The notes under the pieces: model-generated
Told to the model about the DNA's origin: nothing
The model's database searches: none
Seen by the model: the letters and a program-made list of their open reading frames with translations, nothing else
Assembly: GCA_963707645.1 (NCBI GenBank)
Contig: CAVPQW010000011.1
Span: forward strand, 90,678 to 154,677
Origin: an uncultured Actinomycetes bacterium
Lineage (GTDB): Bacteria > Actinomycetota > UBA4738 > JACQTL01
Direction of reading: 5' to 3'
Length of the DNA: 64,000 bases
Shown here: positions 51,628 to 62,569 of the stretch, piece by piece
How positions within the stretch are numbered: the stretch's first letter is position 1
How the letters are laid out: each line of letters opens with the position of its first letter
Program-made: the position numbers and the translations under genes

Positions 51628-53142
51628 TCAGCCGTCCAGCAGGTCGCCGATCACGTCGACGAGCCGGGCCCGGTGGTCGCTGCCGGTGAAGTCGTGCTGC
51701 GGGTCCGACGGCAGCAGGTGCTCGTCGACCCGCCCTCCGCGACGAACGTACACCGCCGGGTGGATATCGCCCTCCCCGTCGGTCTCGACCGCCACCGCGA
51801 CGGCGTCGGGAGCCCCACGGTCGTCGACGAACGCCTCGAGGGGCAGGATCCCGCCGTCGACCGGCCCCACAGCAGGGTCGACGTCGATGACCCGGGCCAG
51901 ATACGACTGCTGGTTCCACAGCTCGGGCGCCGTCGTCGCCTCGCGCAGCAGGTAGTCCACGACCTCGCCGGCCTTCACGTCCGGGCGTTCCCGTTCGATC
52001 CCGAAGTGCTTGAACGCGATGTGTTCCGCCAGCACGCGGGCGTTGTACCGGAACCCGTGCACCGCGGCCGAGTTCGAGGGGATGCCGTACTTCTTCATCC
52101 CGATCGAGCCCTGGGTCACGTTCCCGGCGAAGTAGATGCCCGGCACGGTGGGGGACTCCCAGTAGGGCGTCTGCCGGGGCAGCCGGCCCCCGTCGAAGAA
52201 CGTCGCCACGCCGAGCTGCGGCAGGTCGCCCAACGGCGTCAGGAATCCGGTCGCCGCGATCACCTCGTCCACGTCGAACACGAAGTCGCCCGGCAAGGTC
52301 GTTCCGTTGGCGAACACCCGCCACCCCCCGTCCGGCAGGCGTTCGACGCGGTCGATCGACACGTCGAGCACGAGGGTTCCGCCGGCAAGGACGTGGTCCT
52401 CGTACGGCTGGAGGTACCGGGCGCGGGCGGCCGCGGTCGAGTGGACGATGATCGACAGCCGCGGCGGCCGGGGCGAGCCGAGGATCACCTGCCGTGCCAC
52501 CGGCAGCAGCCCGTCGGCGATCTCGAAGCCGGAGTTCCGCTTGCCGACCACGAACACGCGCTTGCCCGCGTACTCCTTCGCCGGCCTGGTCTCGACGTAG
52601 TGCGGCGCCTGGTCGAGGCCCGGGATGGGCGCAGTCCACGGCCGGGTCATCCCCAGCGCGAACACCGCGACCCGGGTCCGGTACTCGCCGTCGGTCGTCC
52701 CGAGGACGAACTCCCCGGTGGCGTCGTCGAGCCGGGTCGACTCCCAGGCGCAGCCGTACCGCACCCCGACGCCGGCGACCTCTGTGAAGCGGGCGATCCC
52801 GGCCTCCATCTCGGACCGGGCCGGGAAGTACGACGTGCCGTCCATCAGCTCCGGCATCACGGCACGGTGTGCCGGTTCCTCGCCGAGCAGCGAGTTCCAG
52901 TCGTAGCGCTCGTACTCGCGGGTACCGCGCTCGGCCGGCGCGTACGGCTTGGTCCACGTGATCAACCGTTGGAACAGCGGGAACCGCCGGAACATCCCGC
53001 CCGGCGCGTCGTCGGCCGAGATCACGGCGTGGCGGACGCCCATCCGCGAGAGGGAATAGCTCGTCTGTAGGCCGCCGGGGCCGCTCCCCACGACCACGAC
53101 CGGGTAGGAGCCGGGCGGGAACGGACGCTCGTCGCTCGTCAA
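51628..53142 (-). CDS. FAD/NAD(P)-dependent oxidoreductase, FOXRED2-like
   Basis: VVGSGPGGLQ; YDWNSLL; second Rossmann motif VVGKRNSGFE; HGFRYNAR. Confidence 0.8.
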   Translation of the reverse strand: MTSDERPFPPGSYPVVVVGSGPGGLQTSYSLSRMGVRHAVISADDAPGGMFRRFPLFQRLITWTKPYAPAERGTREYERYDWNSLLGEEPAHRAVMPELMDGTSYFPARSEMEAGIARFTEVAGVGVRYGCAWESTRLDDATGEFVLGTTDGEYRTRVAVFALGMTRPWTAPIPGLDQAPHYVETRPAKEYAGKRVFVVGKRNSGFEIADGLLPVARQVILGSPRPPRLSIIVHSTAAARARYLQPYEDHVLAGGTLVLDVSIDRVERLPDGGWRVFANGTTLPGDFVFDVDEVIAATGFLTPLGDLPQLGVATFFDGGRLPRQTPYWESPTVPGIYFAGNVTQGSIGMKKYGIPSNSAAVHGFRYNARVLAEHIAFKHFGIERERPDVKAGEVVDYLLREATTAPELWNQQSYLARVIDVDPAVGPVDGGILPLEAFVDDRGAPDAVAVAVETDGEGDIHPAVYVRRGGRVDEHLLPSDPQHDFTGSDHRARLVDVIGDLLDG

Positions 53143-53149
53143 CGCCGGG

Positions 53150-53572
53150 TCAGCCCCGGAACAGGTTGGCGGCGCGGAGCCGTCTGGCCTGCGCCTGCAT
53201 CATCCGGTACATCACGCTGGGGTGCGTCTTGAGGAACTCCTCCGCGTCGGGCTCGGACAGCACGAGCACCCGCAGCGGGCCGGCCGCCACGACGTCGGCC
53301 ACCGGAGGCTCACCGAGCAGGACGCTGACCTCGCCGAAGTACTCGCCGCGGCCCAGGCGAGCCCGTTCCTCGCCGTCGATCTCGACGGCGACCTCGCCGT
53401 CGACGATGAAGTACAGCCCGCTGCCGGTGAACCCCTGCCGGAGGACGCGCTGGCCCTCTTCGAACCACTGCTCCTCGATGGAGTGCGCGACCTCCTCGAG
53501 CTGCGGCCGGCCGAGGTCGGAGAACAACACCGACCCCGCCAGCTGGTCGACGATTTCGTTCGGTGCCGCCAT
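53150..53572 (-). CDS. Stand-alone cyclic nucleotide-binding domain protein
   Basis: VLRQG...LYFIVDGEV...LGRGEYFGEVSVL. Confidence 0.85.
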   Translation of the reverse strand: MAAPNEIVDQLAGSVLFSDLGRPQLEEVAHSIEEQWFEEGQRVLRQGFTGSGLYFIVDGEVAVEIDGEERARLGRGEYFGEVSVLLGEPPVADVVAAGPLRVLVLSEPDAEEFLKTHPSVMYRMMQAQARRLRAANLFRG

Positions 53573-53637
53573 CTCGGTTCCCCAGTCGTGCTCGGCCGGC
53601 CGGATTGTGCCACGGCCCCCGCGCGTAGGCTCCCAGG

Positions 53638-54210
53638 ATGGACGACCGGGTGGCCGCCGTCACGTGGCGCGCCACCGCCGGCGGTATCGACGAATGCACG
53701 CTGGAACGGCGTGGCGCGGCGTGGGTGCTCCGGGGCCGCGTGGACGGCGAGATCGGCTGGCTCGGCCACATGGAAGCCGCCTACGAGGTCGTCTCGGACG
53801 CCCAGTGGCTGACGACGGCGGTCCACGCGACGGCGCTCGGTGCGGACGGGAACACGCGCAAGGTGGCGCTCGAGCGGCGAGAGAACGGCGCGTGGGTCGC
53901 CGACGGGCTCGAAATCCCAACCGTCGCCGGGGGCCAGGTGGTCGACCTCGGCGTGACCCCGGCGACGAACACCCTCGCGATCCGCCGGCTCGGCCTCGCT
54001 GTCGGGGAGTCGGCCCCGCTCGACGCGGCCTGGGTCCGGTTCCCCGAACTCGACGTGCAACTCCTGCCCCAGCGGTACACGCGGACCGGCGAACGCTCGT
54101 ACCGCTACGAGAGCGGAACCTTCGACGCGGAACTCCAGGTGGACGAGCACGGGCTCGTAACGAGGTACGGCAACATCTGGTTCGCGGAGCCGCCGGCCGA
54201 GCGGCGCTGA
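53638..54210 (+). CDS. Putative glycolipid-binding domain protein
   Basis: VDLGVTPATNTLAIRRL; QRYTR; FDAELQVDEHGLVTRY. Confidence 0.8.
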   Translation: MDDRVAAVTWRATAGGIDECTLERRGAAWVLRGRVDGEIGWLGHMEAAYEVVSDAQWLTTAVHATALGADGNTRKVALERRENGAWVADGLEIPTVAGGQVVDLGVTPATNTLAIRRLGLAVGESAPLDAAWVRFPELDVQLLPQRYTRTGERSYRYESGTFDAELQVDEHGLVTRYGNIWFAEPPAERR

Positions 54211-54319
54211 ACGGCTGCCCCGGCGAAGTCGGCTTCGAAGAACGGTGGCGGCCGCGGGACTTCCCGTGGGAGCGGGAGGTGGGTACCCTACGGTCCGTCC
54301 TGGGAGGTCGTCGGCCACG

Positions 54320-57300
54320 ATGTCGTGCGCGCGCTGTGGGACCGAGAACGAGGCAGGAAGGAAGTTCTGTAAGGAGTGCGGGCAGCCGCTCGCTCTGACG
54401 TGCCCTTCCTGCGGCGCGGCGAACTCCCCGGACAGCAAGTTCTGCGGCGAGTGCGGCTCGACGCTCGCGACCACCGCGACCGCGGAAGCGCGCGGGGTCG
54501 AAGTGGGCTCCCCGACGGCCGCGTCCGCCATGGAACGCCGGCTGGTGAGCGTGCTGTTCGCCGACCTCGTCGGGTTCACGCCGCTCTCCGAGTCCCGCGA
54601 TCCGGAGGAGGTCCGCGACATCCTCTCCCGGTACTTCGACACCTGCCGCGTCCTGATCTCCCGCTACGGCGGCGTCGTGGAGAAGTTCATCGGGGACGCG
54701 GTCATGGCCGTCTGGGGCACCCCGATCGCGAGGGAGGACGACGCCGAGCGTTCCGTCCGGGCCGCCCTCGACCTCGTCGACGCCGTCGCGGCGCTCGGCA
54801 GGGAAATCGGCGCGCCGGAGCTGCAAGCCCGGGCCGGACTCCTCACCGGCGAGGCCGCGGTGAACCTCGCGGCTCGGGGCGAGGGGATGGTGGCGGGGGA
54901 CATGGTGAACACGGCCTCCCGCATCCAGGCCGCCGCGCAGCCCGGCACGGTGTTCGCTGGGGACTCGACCCGGCGGGCGACCGAGGTGGCCATCGCGTAC
55001 GAGGACGCGGGGCAGCACGAGCTGAAGGGCAAGGCCGAGCCCGTCCACCTGTGGCGGGCCGCTCGCGTGGTCGGCACACGTCGCGGCACCCTGGTTCCGA
55101 GCGGCCTCGAGCCGCCGTTCGTCGGCCGTCAGCGCGAGATCCGGCTCATCAAGGAACTGTTCCACGCGTCGGCGGAGGAGCGCCGGGCCCACCTGGTGTC
55201 GGTGGTCGGGGTGGGCGGCATCGGGAAGTCGCGGCTGAGCTGGGAGTTCGAGAAGTACGTCGACGGCCTGCTCGAAGACGTGTGGTGGCACCGGGGACGG
55301 TGTCTCGCGTACGGCGACGGCGTCGCGTTCTGGGCGCTGGCCGAGATGGTCCGCGGCCGGGCCGGGATCCTCGAGGACGAAGAGTCGGGCTCCGCACGGT
55401 CCAAGCTTCGGGCCTCCGTCGACGAAGTCCTCTCCGACGCCGGCGAGCGAAGGTTCGTCGAACCCCGGCTCGCACAACTCCTGGGGCTGGAGGACCGCGT
55501 CGGCGACCAGGAGAACCTGTTCAGCGCGTGGCGGCTCTTCTTCGAGCGAATGGCGGATACGGGTCCCGTCGGTCATGGTCTTCGAAGACATCCACTGGGC
55601 GGACAGCGCTCTCCTCGACTTCATCGAGTACCTGGTCGACTGGTCGCGTGATCTCCCCGTATTCGTCCTCACGCTGTCGAGGCCCGAATTGGAGGACCGC
55701 CGCTCCACGTGGGGTGCCGGAAAGCGGAACTTCACGTCGCTGTTCCTGGAGCCGCTCGGGCCACCGGCGATGGAGACCCTCCTCCGGGGACCGGTGCCCG
55801 GACTCCCCGACGAGCTGCGGGACCGGATCCTGGAGCGGGCCGAGGGGGTGCCGTTCTACGCCGTGGAGACGGTCCGGATGCTCATGGACCGGGGCCTCCT
55901 GATCCGGGAGGGGTCCTCGTTCCGGGTGTCGGGGCCGATCGAGACGCTGGAGGTGCCGGAGACCCTCCAGGCCCTCATCGCCGCCCGGCTGGACGGCCTC
56001 GCCGATGGCGAGCGACGGCTGCTCCAACAGGCCTCGATCCTGGGGCGCACGTTCACGGTTCCGGGGCTCTCGGCCGTGACCGGACTGCCGGAGGCCGACC
56101 TCCAGCCGCGCCTCGCTTCGCTGGTGCACAAGGACGTCCTGACCATCTCCGCCGATCCCTCCTCACCGGAGCGGGGCCAGTACGGGTTCCTCCAGGACCT
56201 CGTGAAGAAGGTCGCCTACGACACGATGTCCAGGAAGGAGCGGCGCTCGCTCCACATCGCCGCCGCGGAGTTCCTCGAGCGTGGGTTCGGCTCCGAGGAG
56301 GACGAGATCATCGAGGTCGTGGCGGCCCACTACCTCGACGCCTACCGCGCGGCGCCGGACGCTCCCGACGCCGGGGAGATTCGGGACCGGGCGCGGGACC
56401 GCCTGGTCCGCGCCGCCGACCGCGCCTCGTCCCTCGGCGCGAGCCTCGAGGCCCAGCGGTACTTCGAACGGGCCGTCGAGCTGGCCGACGACCCGATGAC
56501 CCGCGCCGACCTCTCCGAGCGCGCCGGGATGACGGCGAATGCCGGGGCCCGACCCGTCGAGGCGTCGGCGCATTTCACGCGCGCCATGGAGCTGTTCGAG
56601 GCCAACGGGGCGACCCATGCCGCGGCCAGGGTCTCGGCGCGGCTTGCCGAGGACCTGTGGGACCGGGGCCGGCTCGAGGAGGGTCTCGCGAACATGGATC
56701 GGGCGTTCGAGGTCCTGTCCGACGAGGAGCCGGACGAGGACTTTGCATGGCTCGCCGCCCAGCTCGGGCGGTTCCGCTATTTCGAGGGAGACACGGACGC
56801 CGCCGCAGAGCGCATCGAGGTCGCCCTGGGGATCGCCGAGGAGCTGGGGCTGCCCGAGATCCTGTCCCAGGCCCTCAACACCAAGTCGCTGGTTCTGGCC
56901 ACGATCGGGCGGAGGCACGAGGCCGGTGCGCTCCTCCGGTTCGCGCTCGAGGTCGCGCTCGACAACGACAAGCCGACCGCGGCGCTCCGCGCCCACAACA
57001 ACCTGATCGACCTGGCAACGGCCGACGACCGGTACGGGGAGGCGGTCGAGCATCGGCAACACGGCCTCGCGCTGGCCCGCCGGGTCGGCAACCGTCGCTG
57101 GGAGCACATCTTCCTCGGGTACTTCTATCCGCTCTATGCGCTCGGCCGGTGGGACGACGCTCTCGCCTCGATCGGCGAGCTGCCGGTCGACGATCGGGAG
57201 GATCGGGTCGCGTTCAACCAGGGGTATGTCGCGTTCTCGACGGCGCTGCACGTTCACCGGGGTGAGCCCGACGAGGCCGAGGCGGTGGTGGCGCGGTTCG

Positions 57301-57870
57301 CCGAGTTCCAGAACTCCCCGGACTGGCAGGAGAGGGCGGAGCACGCGTGCGCCCGGGCCTGGCTCGCGCTGGGGCGCGGGGACGCCCGCGGGGCGTTCCG
57401 TGAGGCAGCCCCCCTTCTGGACGTGGATGACCCGCTCGCCTTGTGGCACCACGCGATGAAGGAAGCGCTCGTCGTTGGGATCGATGCGGCGATCATGTGC
57501 GGCGACCTGGATGCCGCGCAGGAGGTCCTGGACCGCATCGCCGCGCTCAGCCCGGCGCGCCGGCCGCAGTTCCTCGACGCCCACGCACTCCGGCTGGGGG
57601 CCCGGTTGGCCACAGCGCGCCGAGACGAGGACGCAGTTGGAGCCCGGCTTCAAGGCGTCCGTCGGGCGGTTCCGCGAGATCGGGCTGCCGTTCTGGCTGG
57701 CCGTGACGCTTCTCGAGCACGGCGAGTGGCTCGTCGCGCAGGGCCGTCTGGAGGAGGCCGTGCCGCTGCTCGACGAGGCCCGGTCGACCTTCGAGCGGCT
57801 CGAGGCGGTTCCGTGGCTCCGGCGGATCGACGTCGCCACCGGGTCGGAGGCAGCGGCACTGCGGCCCTGA
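54320..57870 (+). CDS. Double zinc ribbon + class III cyclase + STAND ATPase + TPR (frameshifts ~55570 and ~57645)
   Basis: Four CxxC; VLFADLVGFT; EKFIGDAV; VNTASRIQ; GVGGIGKS; FEDIHWAD. Confidence 0.88.
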
Positions 57871-57915
57871 CCGGCGGATGTTTGCGTTCCGGGCCCCGGC
57901 AGTACATTTCCTGTC

Positions 57916-59084
57916 ATGGACTTCGACCTGACACAGGAGCAGCGGGACTTCCGGGCGGCGGTACGGGAGTTTGCCGAGCGGGAGATCGCGCCGCGCGCCG
58001 CCGAGATGGACGAACGCGGCGAGCTCCCCATGGACATCGTCAAGCAGATGGGGGAGCTGGGGCTGTTCGGGCTCCCGTTCCCCGAGGAGTACGGCGGGCA
58101 GGGCAGCGACTTCCTGACGCTCGTGCATCGCCATCGAGGAGCTGGCCCGCATCGACTCGTCGATCGCCATCACGCTGGAGGCCGGCGTCGGGCTCGGCGC
58201 CAACCCGATCTACGAGTTCGGAACCGAGGAGCAGAAGCAGCGGTGGCTCGTCCCCATGGCACGGGGCGAGATCCTCGGTGCGTTCGGACTGACCGAGCCG
58301 GGCGGCGGCAGCGACGCCGGCGCCACGAACACGACCGCCAAGCTGGAGAACGGCGAGTGGGTGATCAACGGCTCCAAGGCGTTCATCACGAACTCCGGAA
58401 CGCCCATCACCGGCCTCTGCACGATCACGGCGGTGACCGGCACCGGAGGAGGGCGGGCACAAGGAGATCAGCGCGATCATCGTCCCCCAGGACACGCCCG
58501 GGTTCACGGTCGGGCCGTCCTACCGGAAGATCGGCTGGCACGCCTCGGACACGCACGAGCTGTCGTTCAGCGACTGCCGGGTGCCCGAGGGGAACCTGCT
58601 CGGCGACCGCGGCAAGGGGTTCGCGCAGTTCCTGAAGATCCTCGACGACGGGCGCATCGCCATCGCCGCGCTCAGCGTCGGCCTGGCCCAGGGCTGCCTC
58701 GACGAGAGCGTGAAGTACGCGAGCGAGCGGCACGGCGTTCAAGCAAGGCCGATCGGCGCGTTCCAGGGGCTGCAGTTCAAGCTCGCCGACATGAAGGTCG
58801 CCGTCGAGACGGCCCGGATGTACACGTACTACGCGGCGTGGCTCCGGGACCAGGGCCGGCCGTACAAGACACAGGCCTCGATCGCCAAGCTGTACGCGAG
58901 CGAGATCGCCGTGACCGCCGCGCGGGACGCCGTCCAGGTCCACGGCGGCTACGGCTTCATGGAGGAGTTCCCGGTGGCGCGGTTCTACCGGGACTCCAAG
59001 GTCCTCGAGATCGGGGAGGGAACGAGCGAGGTCCAGCGCATCCTGATCGCCCGCGACCTCGGCCTTCCGGGCACCAAGCTGTAG
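57916..59084 (+). CDS. Acyl-CoA dehydrogenase (frameshifted)
   Basis: PEEYGG; AFGLTEPGGGSDA; NGSKAFITN; QVHGGYG; IGEGTSEVQR. Confidence 0.9.
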
Positions 59085-59131
59085 GTCGCGGGAATCACCC
59101 GGGGTACCCGAAGCCCGTACTTCCACGCATA

Positions 59132-59818
59132 ATGGTGCGGCATGTGCCTCCAAGCGGTGGCGCGGCTCGCCGTCGCCGGCCTCCGGCTCGATGCTCGGCC
59201 CTGATCGTGGGGCTGTCGTTGTTGCTGTCCTCGTGCGGCGGCTCGAAGTACACGTACGTGGGCAGCCAGGCCGACCACGTGTTCCTGAAGGTGCCGTCGC
59301 ACTGGAAGCGCTACACGGAGAACGTCATCCTGCAGGCCATCGGCCTCGACGGAACCCCGTCCGCTTCGTCGTTCAAGTGGCTCACGGCGTTCGACTCGGC
59401 CCCGCACCCGAAGCTGGGGAACGTGTTGGACGGGGGTTCCGAAGCATCCCGTGGTGATCACGTACGTTCGCGAGCTCAGCCCGCAGGCCCGGGACCAGTT
59501 CTCCCTCGCCGGCGATGCGCAACTCCTAGTACCAGGTCGATCAGGCGGTGAACAACGACCAGGGCGACATCATCGACCACAAGGACATCACGCTCGAGGG
59601 CGGCCTGTACGGCGCCCAGGACGTCTACGACATCACCGGCGGGGTGGGCGACATCTCCGCGGCCAACGGGGCGATCATGGTGAACCAGATCGGGATCCTC
59701 GACCCCGGGAACCACAAGCTGTACCTCCTGGTGATCCAGTGCGAGGCGCAAGTGCTACGAGCACAACCGGACCACGATCGACGAGGTCGCCCGGTCCTAT
59801 TCGGTGAAGGAGAGCTGA
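59132..59818 (+). CDS. Putative lipoprotein (frameshifted)
   Basis: LSLLLSS-C lipobox; coding-like segments in successive frames ending SYSVKES. Confidence 0.55.
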
Positions 59819-59819
59819 C

Positions 59820-62407
59820 ATGACGCACGGACCCGGAGACGGGGCTCGTCCTGGAGGATCTCCTCCGGAGATGAGCCCGGCGGGCGAGCCCCGGTTCAGC
59901 CATCCGTCCGAGGGGCGACTCACCCGCAAGCCGATGGCCTGGTGGGACCGGGTCAAGTTCCTGGTGCTCGGGATCCTCCTGCTCGGGTTCCTGGTGTGGA
60001 ACACGTTCGTCCAGAACCAGGGGCCGTCGGCCGTCACCGGCGACCCGGTCGGCATCAGCGTCCGCAACGCCCTCCAGCAGACCATCAGCGGCAACATCTG
60101 GCTGCTCGTCCTCCTGGCGATCGAGGCGCTCCGCCAGATCCACTACCTGATCAGCGAGCACTCGGCCGGGTACAACCAGTTCTTCGCGAAGAAGGTGTTC
60201 GGCGGGCTCGGGACCACCGCCTCGGGAGGATGAACGCCTGGAACCGCTACCGGATCGCCCGGGCGTTCAAGTGGCGTCCTGTTCCTGGCGATCGTCGAGC
60301 TTCATCCTGGGCAAGATCTTCAACGAGTCTCCGTTCGACCGCGCTGTTCACGCTGCCGGCGCGGATCATCTCGGCGCTGCCGCTCGTCTTCCAGCTGTTC
60401 ATCTACGTCGGCATTCTGCTGCTGCAGTTCGTCGGCGCTGTTCTACTTCCTGTCCCGCGGCGGCGTCGACGTGTACTTCCCGGACGACGTGAAGACGCGG
60501 TTCTCCGACGTGTGGGGCCAGGACGCCGTGCTCAACCGGGTCAAGGAGAACATGGTCTTCCTCGAGAACCCGGACGCGATCGAGGCGAAGGGCGGCTACG
60601 TCCCGGGGGGCATCCTGCTGTGGGGCCCGCCGGGCACCGGCAAGACGCTGATGGCCGAGGCCGTGGCCGGCGAGACCGGCCGGCCGTTCGTGTTCGTCGA
60701 TCCGGGCGCGTTCATCAACATGTTCATGGGCGTCGGCATCCTCAAGGTGAAGTCGCTGCTTCCGGAAGCTCCGCAAGCTCTCGCTGCGCTACGGCGGCGT
60801 GATCGCCTTCTTCGACGAGGCCGACTCCCTCGGCAACCGCGGCCAGCTGATGCCGCCGGGCTCCTGGGCGGTCAGGCCGAGCACCGGCACCCGTGGACGC
60901 CGCTCCGGTGCAACGGCTGTCCTCGTGCTCGACCCGACGAGCGCAGTCGGTGCTGCTCCGCGCGAGTCGCTCGCACGAGCACGCCGGCGTCCACGCGACC
61001 GGGACCGCGAACGGCATCATCGCCGGGCATGGGCGGGGCATGGGCGGCGGCGGGCATGGGCACGCTCCAGGCGCTGCTGTCGGAGCTGTCCGGGCCTGAA
61101 GAAGCCCCGCGGGTTCTTCAACCGCCACATCCGCCGGACGCTCGGCATGCGGCCGAAGCCGCCGCCGAAGTACCGGATCCTCGTCGATGATGGCGACGAA
61201 CATGCCCAGTCCCTCGACGAGGCGCTGCTGCGCCCGGGCCGCATCGACCGGATCTACAAGGTGGGCTACCCGTCGAAGGCCGGCCGGGTCCGGACGTACC
61301 AGGGGTACCTCGCGAAGGTGCCAGCACGACCTCACCGACGACGACAGATCGACAAGCTCGCCACGATCACGCCGTACGCGACCGGCGCGACGATCAAGGA
61401 CCTCGTCAACGAGGCGCTGATCAACGCGATCCGCGACGGCACGACGAGGTCATCGAGTGGGCGCGACGTCATCAAGGCGAAGCACCTCAAGGACCTCGGG
61501 CCGCCCGAGGACGTCGAGTACATCGAGCGCGAGCGCCACGCGGTCGCGGTCCACGAGGCGTGCCACGCGGTCGTGGCGTACCGGGTGCGGCACCACCTGA
61601 CGATCGACATCGCGACGATCGAGAAGGGCGGCACGTACCTCGGCATGGTCGCCTCGATCCCGCCGGAGGACCAGTTCACGCGGTGGCGCTCCGAGTACGA
61701 GGCCGACGTGATGGTCGCGCTCGCGTCCCTGGCCGGTGAGCGGATGTTCTTCGAGCAGGGCGACTCCTCGCGGGGTGTCCGGCGACCTCGAGTCGGCGAC
61801 CATCATCGCGACGTTCATGGAGGGGTACTGGGGGATGGGCGACGACGATCGCCTCCCACGGGGTGACCCACGAGGTCGGGATCGGCGGGGGCGGCAAGCC
61901 CGGCGCCGGCCCCGACAAGAAGGACGACCTGCTCGAGGGGACTCTCGGTCCGCGCATCGAGACCAAGCTCGACGACCTGCTCAAGCGTACCGAGGACATG
62001 CTCGCCGAGAACCGGGCCGAGATCCTGCTCGGTCGCCCACGCGCTCGAGACGCAACAAGACGGTCACCGGCGAGGACGTCTCGGCGGTCATCGAGCGGGA
62101 GCGGGGGCCGCTCGTCGACGGCACGCCGTACCGTTCCGAGGAGTTCATCAGTGATCTCGAGGCGTACCACCGGGAGGCCCTGGCGGCTCATGAGACCCAC
62201 GCCAAGGTTCGCGTGCCGCTCCCGAAGGTCACCGTCCCGTTCCAGCCGGAGCTGCCGGGGTCGAACGGTGACGGCGCCCCCAACGGTTCCGGCCACCCCT
62301 CGGGGCACGGCCACGGGATCGCTGCGCCGCCCAGGCCGGACACCCCGCCGGAGAGCGGCCCGGACAACGGGTCGGGCGAGGATTCGGACGGCTCCGGGGG
62401 GAAATAG
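59820..62407 (+). CDS. FtsH-like membrane AAA+ metalloprotease paralog (many frameshifts)
   Basis: Several N-terminal TM; GPPGTGKT; FFDEADSLG; LDEALLRPGRIDR; HEACH zinc motif; VSGDLESAT. Confidence 0.82.
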
Positions 62408-62569
62408 AAGTCCGAGATCTGACGAGGGGGTAGCGCGCCCGGCGCAGGGGCCGGGCCGACCACAGATGCTTGCCTTTGCCCTTCGGGCACGCGACGCTGG
62501 TGCATCCGTGCGGCCAGTGTGCCTTCCTGTGCTCAAGATCGCGGGTCCGGACGTCGAGGCAAGGGAAGC

